A program made the position numbers and the translations under genes. The notes below the pieces were generated by a model. The model did not search any database and was not told where the DNA came from. It was given only the letters and a program-made list of their open reading frames with translations. A DNA stretch of 64,000 bases from an uncultured Chloroflexia bacterium (GTDB lineage Bacteria > Chloroflexota > Dehalococcoidia > UBA2979): assembly GCA_963728205.1 (NCBI GenBank), contig CAVSIV010000006.1:672001-736000 (forward strand). The letters run 5' to 3'. Position 1 is the stretch's first letter, and each line of letters starts with the position of its first letter. Of the stretch, positions 60,714-64,000 are shown piece by piece.

Positions 60714-63236
60714 GTGACCCCGCTGCGCGGCATCATCGGCCGCATCTCCGGGCGCCGCCCGGCCGACGCGAACACGACCGGCGGCGGCGCCGCGACCCCT
60801 TCCGCGCCCGCCCGCACCCCCAGCACCCAGCCCCGCGCCGAGGCAGGCTCCGACCGCTCCGGCTCATCAGCACGACAGGGACCCGACACGAATTCGAACA
60901 CGCAGGAACGCCCGGCCGCTTCGCGCAGCCGTGGCTCGCGCGGCGGCCGCGGACGCGGCGGCCGCGGCAAGAACACGTCCACCGAGAACACGACCACGAC
61001 GACGCAGGCGCCGCAGGCCGCGCCTGAGCCGAAGGCCGCCGCCGCGAAGCCGGCCGCGTACTCGTGGGGCAAGAAGGCCAGCGACGACGAGTCGGCCCGG
61101 CAGGTGCTCGAGGAGCGCCGCCGCGACCGCAATCGCCGTCGCGGCCGCTACCGCCCGCCCGGGAAGCTCGAGGCGCCGCTCCCCGAGGACGTAGCGTTCC
61201 GGTCGGCCGACGAGGGCGGCGACCGCTCGATCCTCCCCGCCCGCCGCCGCCGCCCCAAGGGGCTGCGCACGACCGAGCGCGTGCTCGTCGGCGGCGCGCG
61301 CATGCTGACCGGATTCGTCAGTCGGCCCTTCAACACCGGCGACCTCACGCCGCACCCGCTCGAGGCCGGCGCGCACGCCGCCGACCGCTCGACACCCCCC
61401 GGGGCCGGGGCTGCGGTTGACGCGGAGGCCGACGTCGACGCGACGCTCGAGGCGGACGTCGATACGACGATTGCCGGCGAGCCGGACATGGACGCGAAGG
61501 CCGTCGCGGCGCGCGAGCTCGCGGCCGCGTCGTCCGCGGACACCGGCGACGGCGCGGCGGCGACGCGCAAGCGTCGTCGCGGTCGGCGCGGCGGACGCGG
61601 GCGGCGACGCCCGGAGCAGAACGGCGCCACGGCCGCCGGCGCGCACGACGAGCACGACGAGCACGACGAGCGCGTCGCGGAGGCCGACGTCGCGGCCCAG
61701 ACCGAGGTGGCCGAACCGGCCCAGACCGAGGTGGTGGCCGCGTCGGCCCAGGCCGAGCCCGAGCCGACGCGGACCCCGCGCAGCGCCGAGACCACCCTCG
61801 TGCAGCCGACCCCCGCCGAGGAGACCACCGTCGAGGAGACCCCGGCGCCGGCGCGTCGCACGCGGCGTCGCCCCGCCGCGACCGATGATCGCGCGACGAG
61901 CGACCGCTCGACCGACACGGCGGCCGCGGCAGACGCGGATGCCGGAGCCGCCGCCTCCGCGGCGGAGGCGAACGCCAACGCCAACGCCGACGCCAATCGC
62001 GCGTCCGCAGCCGACGCCGGTACGGCGGTCGCGGAGCCGACCACGTCCCGCGGCACGCGCCGCTCGTCGTCGTCGGGCAGGCGCACCGCCCCCGCGGCGG
62101 CGATCGCGGACGCCGACCTGCCGGCCGCCTTCTCGGCGCTCGGCCTCGCCCGGCCGACGCTCGAGCTGCTCGCCGGCTACGGCTTCGGCGTGCCGACGCC
62201 GATCCAGGAGCGCGCCGTCCCCGAGCTGCTCAACGGCCGCGACGTCGTCGGCATCGCCCAGACCGGCAGCGGCAAGACGATCGCGTTCGGCGCGCCGATG
62301 GTCGAGCGGCTCGACCCGGACCTGCGCGCCGTGCAGGCGATCGTGCTCGTGCCGACGCGCGAGCTGGCGCAGCAGGTGCTCGAGGTGATCGCCAACCTCG
62401 GCGCGCCGTACGGCCTCGAGGCAGTCGGCCTGCTCGGCGGGCGCTCCCTCGATCGCGACTTCAAGGCGCTGGAGCGCAACCCGCACATCGTCGTCGGCAC
62501 GCCCGGCCGCATCATCGACCACCTCGGCCGGCGCACGCTGTCGCTCCGGCAGGTGCGCTACGCGGTGCTCGACGAGGCAGACCAGATGCTCGACATCGGC
62601 TTCATGCCCGACATCCGCCGCATCCTCGGCCGCACCCCGCGCGCCCGGCAGACGGCGCTGTTCTCGGCGACGATGCCGACGTCGATTCAGCGGCTCGTCT
62701 ACCAGTTCATGCACGACCCGGTCACCTGCTCGGTCGACCCCGAGCTCAGCACCGTCGAGTCGGTTCAGCAGATCTATTACGAGGTCGCGTCGCGCGACAA
62801 GGTGCGCGGCCTCAAGGAGCTGGTGGAGCGCGAGCTCAAGGGGCGCACGCTCGTCTTCTGCAAGATGAAGCGCGGCGTCGACCGCGTGGCGCAGCGGCTC
62901 GACGACGCCGGCGTGCGCGTCGGCGCCCTGCACGGCGACATGGACCAGTCGCGCCGCGACCACGTCGTGCGGGATTTCCGCGAGGGCAAGCTCGACATCC
63001 TGATCGCGACGAACGTCGCCGCGCGCGGCCTCGACATCCCCGAGATCACGCACGTCGTGAATTTCGACTTCCCGCAGAACCTCGAGGAGTACGTGCACCG
63101 CATCGGCCGCACCGGCCGCGCCGGTCGCGACGGCAAGGCGATCACGTTCGTCTGCGAGGACGACCTCGATGCGCTCGTGGAGCTGCAGTCCGAGTTCGGC
63201 GACCGACTCACCACCGAGCGACTCGAGCTGTACTAA
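60714..63236 (+). CDS. DEAD-box RNA helicase with a very long disordered N-terminus
   Basis: PTPIQ, AQTGSGKT, PTREL, DEAD, SAT, HRIGRTGR; GTG 60714 after GGAGA (ATG 60645 is the alternative). Confidence 0.92.
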   Translation: MTPLRGIIGRISGRRPADANTTGGGAATPSAPARTPSTQPRAEAGSDRSGSSARQGPDTNSNTQERPAASRSRGSRGGRGRGGRGKNTSTENTTTTTQAPQAAPEPKAAAAKPAAYSWGKKASDDESARQVLEERRRDRNRRRGRYRPPGKLEAPLPEDVAFRSADEGGDRSILPARRRRPKGLRTTERVLVGGARMLTGFVSRPFNTGDLTPHPLEAGAHAADRSTPPGAGAAVDAEADVDATLEADVDTTIAGEPDMDAKAVAARELAAASSADTGDGAAATRKRRRGRRGGRGRRRPEQNGATAAGAHDEHDEHDERVAEADVAAQTEVAEPAQTEVVAASAQAEPEPTRTPRSAETTLVQPTPAEETTVEETPAPARRTRRRPAATDDRATSDRSTDTAAAADADAGAAASAAEANANANADANRASAADAGTAVAEPTTSRGTRRSSSSGRRTAPAAAIADADLPAAFSALGLARPTLELLAGYGFGVPTPIQERAVPELLNGRDVVGIAQTGSGKTIAFGAPMVERLDPDLRAVQAIVLVPTRELAQQVLEVIANLGAPYGLEAVGLLGGRSLDRDFKALERNPHIVVGTPGRIIDHLGRRTLSLRQVRYAVLDEADQMLDIGFMPDIRRILGRTPRARQTALFSATMPTSIQRLVYQFMHDPVTCSVDPELSTVESVQQIYYEVASRDKVRGLKELVERELKGRTLVFCKMKRGVDRVAQRLDDAGVRVGALHGDMDQSRRDHVVRDFREGKLDILIATNVAARGLDIPEITHVVNFDFPQNLEEYVHRIGRTGRAGRDGKAITFVCEDDLDALVELQSEFGDRLTTERLELY

Positions 63237-63335
63237 GCGGCGGCAGACACGCCGCCGATATCACCGCGGCCCACGGGCCGCGTCCCGCGGCGGGCACGGC
63301 CCGCCGCTACATCGGCGGCGTGTCTGCCGCCGCTT
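63234..63335. repeat. REPIN-like element starting at the helicase stop codon
   Basis: TAAgcggcggcagacacgccgccgat ... atcggcggcgtgtctgccgccgctt. Confidence 0.88.
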
Positions 63336-63396
63336 GCCGCTTGCCGCTTGCCGCTTGCCGCTTGCCGCTTGCCGCTTGCCGCTTGCCGCTTGCCGC
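63329..63396. repeat. (GCCGCTT)9 perfect heptamer array
   Basis: Nine full units plus a partial one. Confidence 0.95.
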
Positions 63397-63419
63397 GTGT
63401 CGCGCATCGCCGCGCCCGG

Positions 63420-64000
63420 CTAGTCGCCCGCCGGCACCCCCGCCGACACCGCGGCGCGGATGAACGCGTTCGCCCGCGCGTTCGCCTCGCGGGCGATCGT
63501 GAGCGGCATGCCGACGAACCCGTGGATGCCGCCGGGGTACACCGCCAGCTCCGCCTCGTTTCCCGTCGCACGCCACCGCTCGTACATGAACAGCGTGTCG
63601 TCGAGCAGCGGGTCCTCGGTGCCGACCGTGAACAGCGCCGGTGGCATGTCGTGCAGGCGCGCGAACAGCGGCGAGACGTCGGGGTCGCGCCGGTCGCGGT
63701 CGGGGCCGAGGTAGTGGTCGTAGAACCACGCCATCGTCGCGGTCGGGATCAGCAGGCCGTCGGTGCGGAAGCGCTGGCTCGGCGTCATCGACAGGTCGTA
63801 GACGCCGAAGACGAGGTTCGCGGCGGCGAAGCCGGTGAAGGCGTGGCGGTCGCGCATGCGCAGCAGCGTCGCGGCGGCGAGGTGCCCGCCGGCGGAGCCG
63901 CCGCCGATCACGAGCCGGTCGGTGCCGAACTCCGCGCTCGCGTGCTCCACGAGCCAGGTCGCCGCGGCCTCGCAATCGTCGTTGCCGGCCGGATACGCGT
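63420..64000 (-). CDS. HSL-family alpha/beta hydrolase (esterase), C-terminal part
   Basis: GGSAGG, SPL, DPL.DD, HGF; the start lies beyond the window. Confidence 0.9.
   Translation of the reverse strand, partial: AYPAGNDDCEAAATWLVEHASAEFGTDRLVIGGGSAGGHLAAATLLRMRDRHAFTGFAAANLVFGVYDLSMTPSQRFRTDGLLIPTATMAWFYDHYLGPDRDRRDPDVSPLFARLHDMPPALFTVGTEDPLLDDTLFMYERWRATGNEAELAVYPGGIHGFVGMPLTIAREANARANAFIRAAVSAGVPAGD

Overview
Very GC-rich bacterial DNA. Gene content (orphan Dpp permeases, TPP enzyme, crotonase, tRNA-Arg(UCG), TGNGG-type C-terminal sorting tails, Deinococcus-type NurA/HerA) suggests Chloroflexota, possibly Dehalococcoidia; this is inference. The window has two parts. (1) 1-14446, at the 3' end of a tRNA-Arg(UCG), looks like an acquired island: a partial SARP-type regulator missed by the ORF track, two secreted proteins sharing a PAATGNGGL-TM-basic tail, a HAD-phosphoketolase-aldolase-P3A H+-ATPase operon, and CsbD, PRC-barrel, Ca2+/Na+ antiporter and Zn-ribbon genes. 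Four of its promoter regions share an 11-bp-periodic GTRAC direct repeat. (2) 14.5-64 kb is core-like: recF, a two-component system, NAD-linked formate dehydrogenase, a nurA-herA-sbcD-sbcC operon, menG/ubiE, truncated globin, purU and a DEAD-box helicase, with about 14 loci of a REP/REPIN-like palindromic repeat. Best hidden feature: an in-frame TGA read-through selenoprotein (UxxC redoxin fused to a DsbD-N-like domain, 58201-59214) with a SECIS-like hairpin. Family assignments come from motif recognition only; no searches were run.
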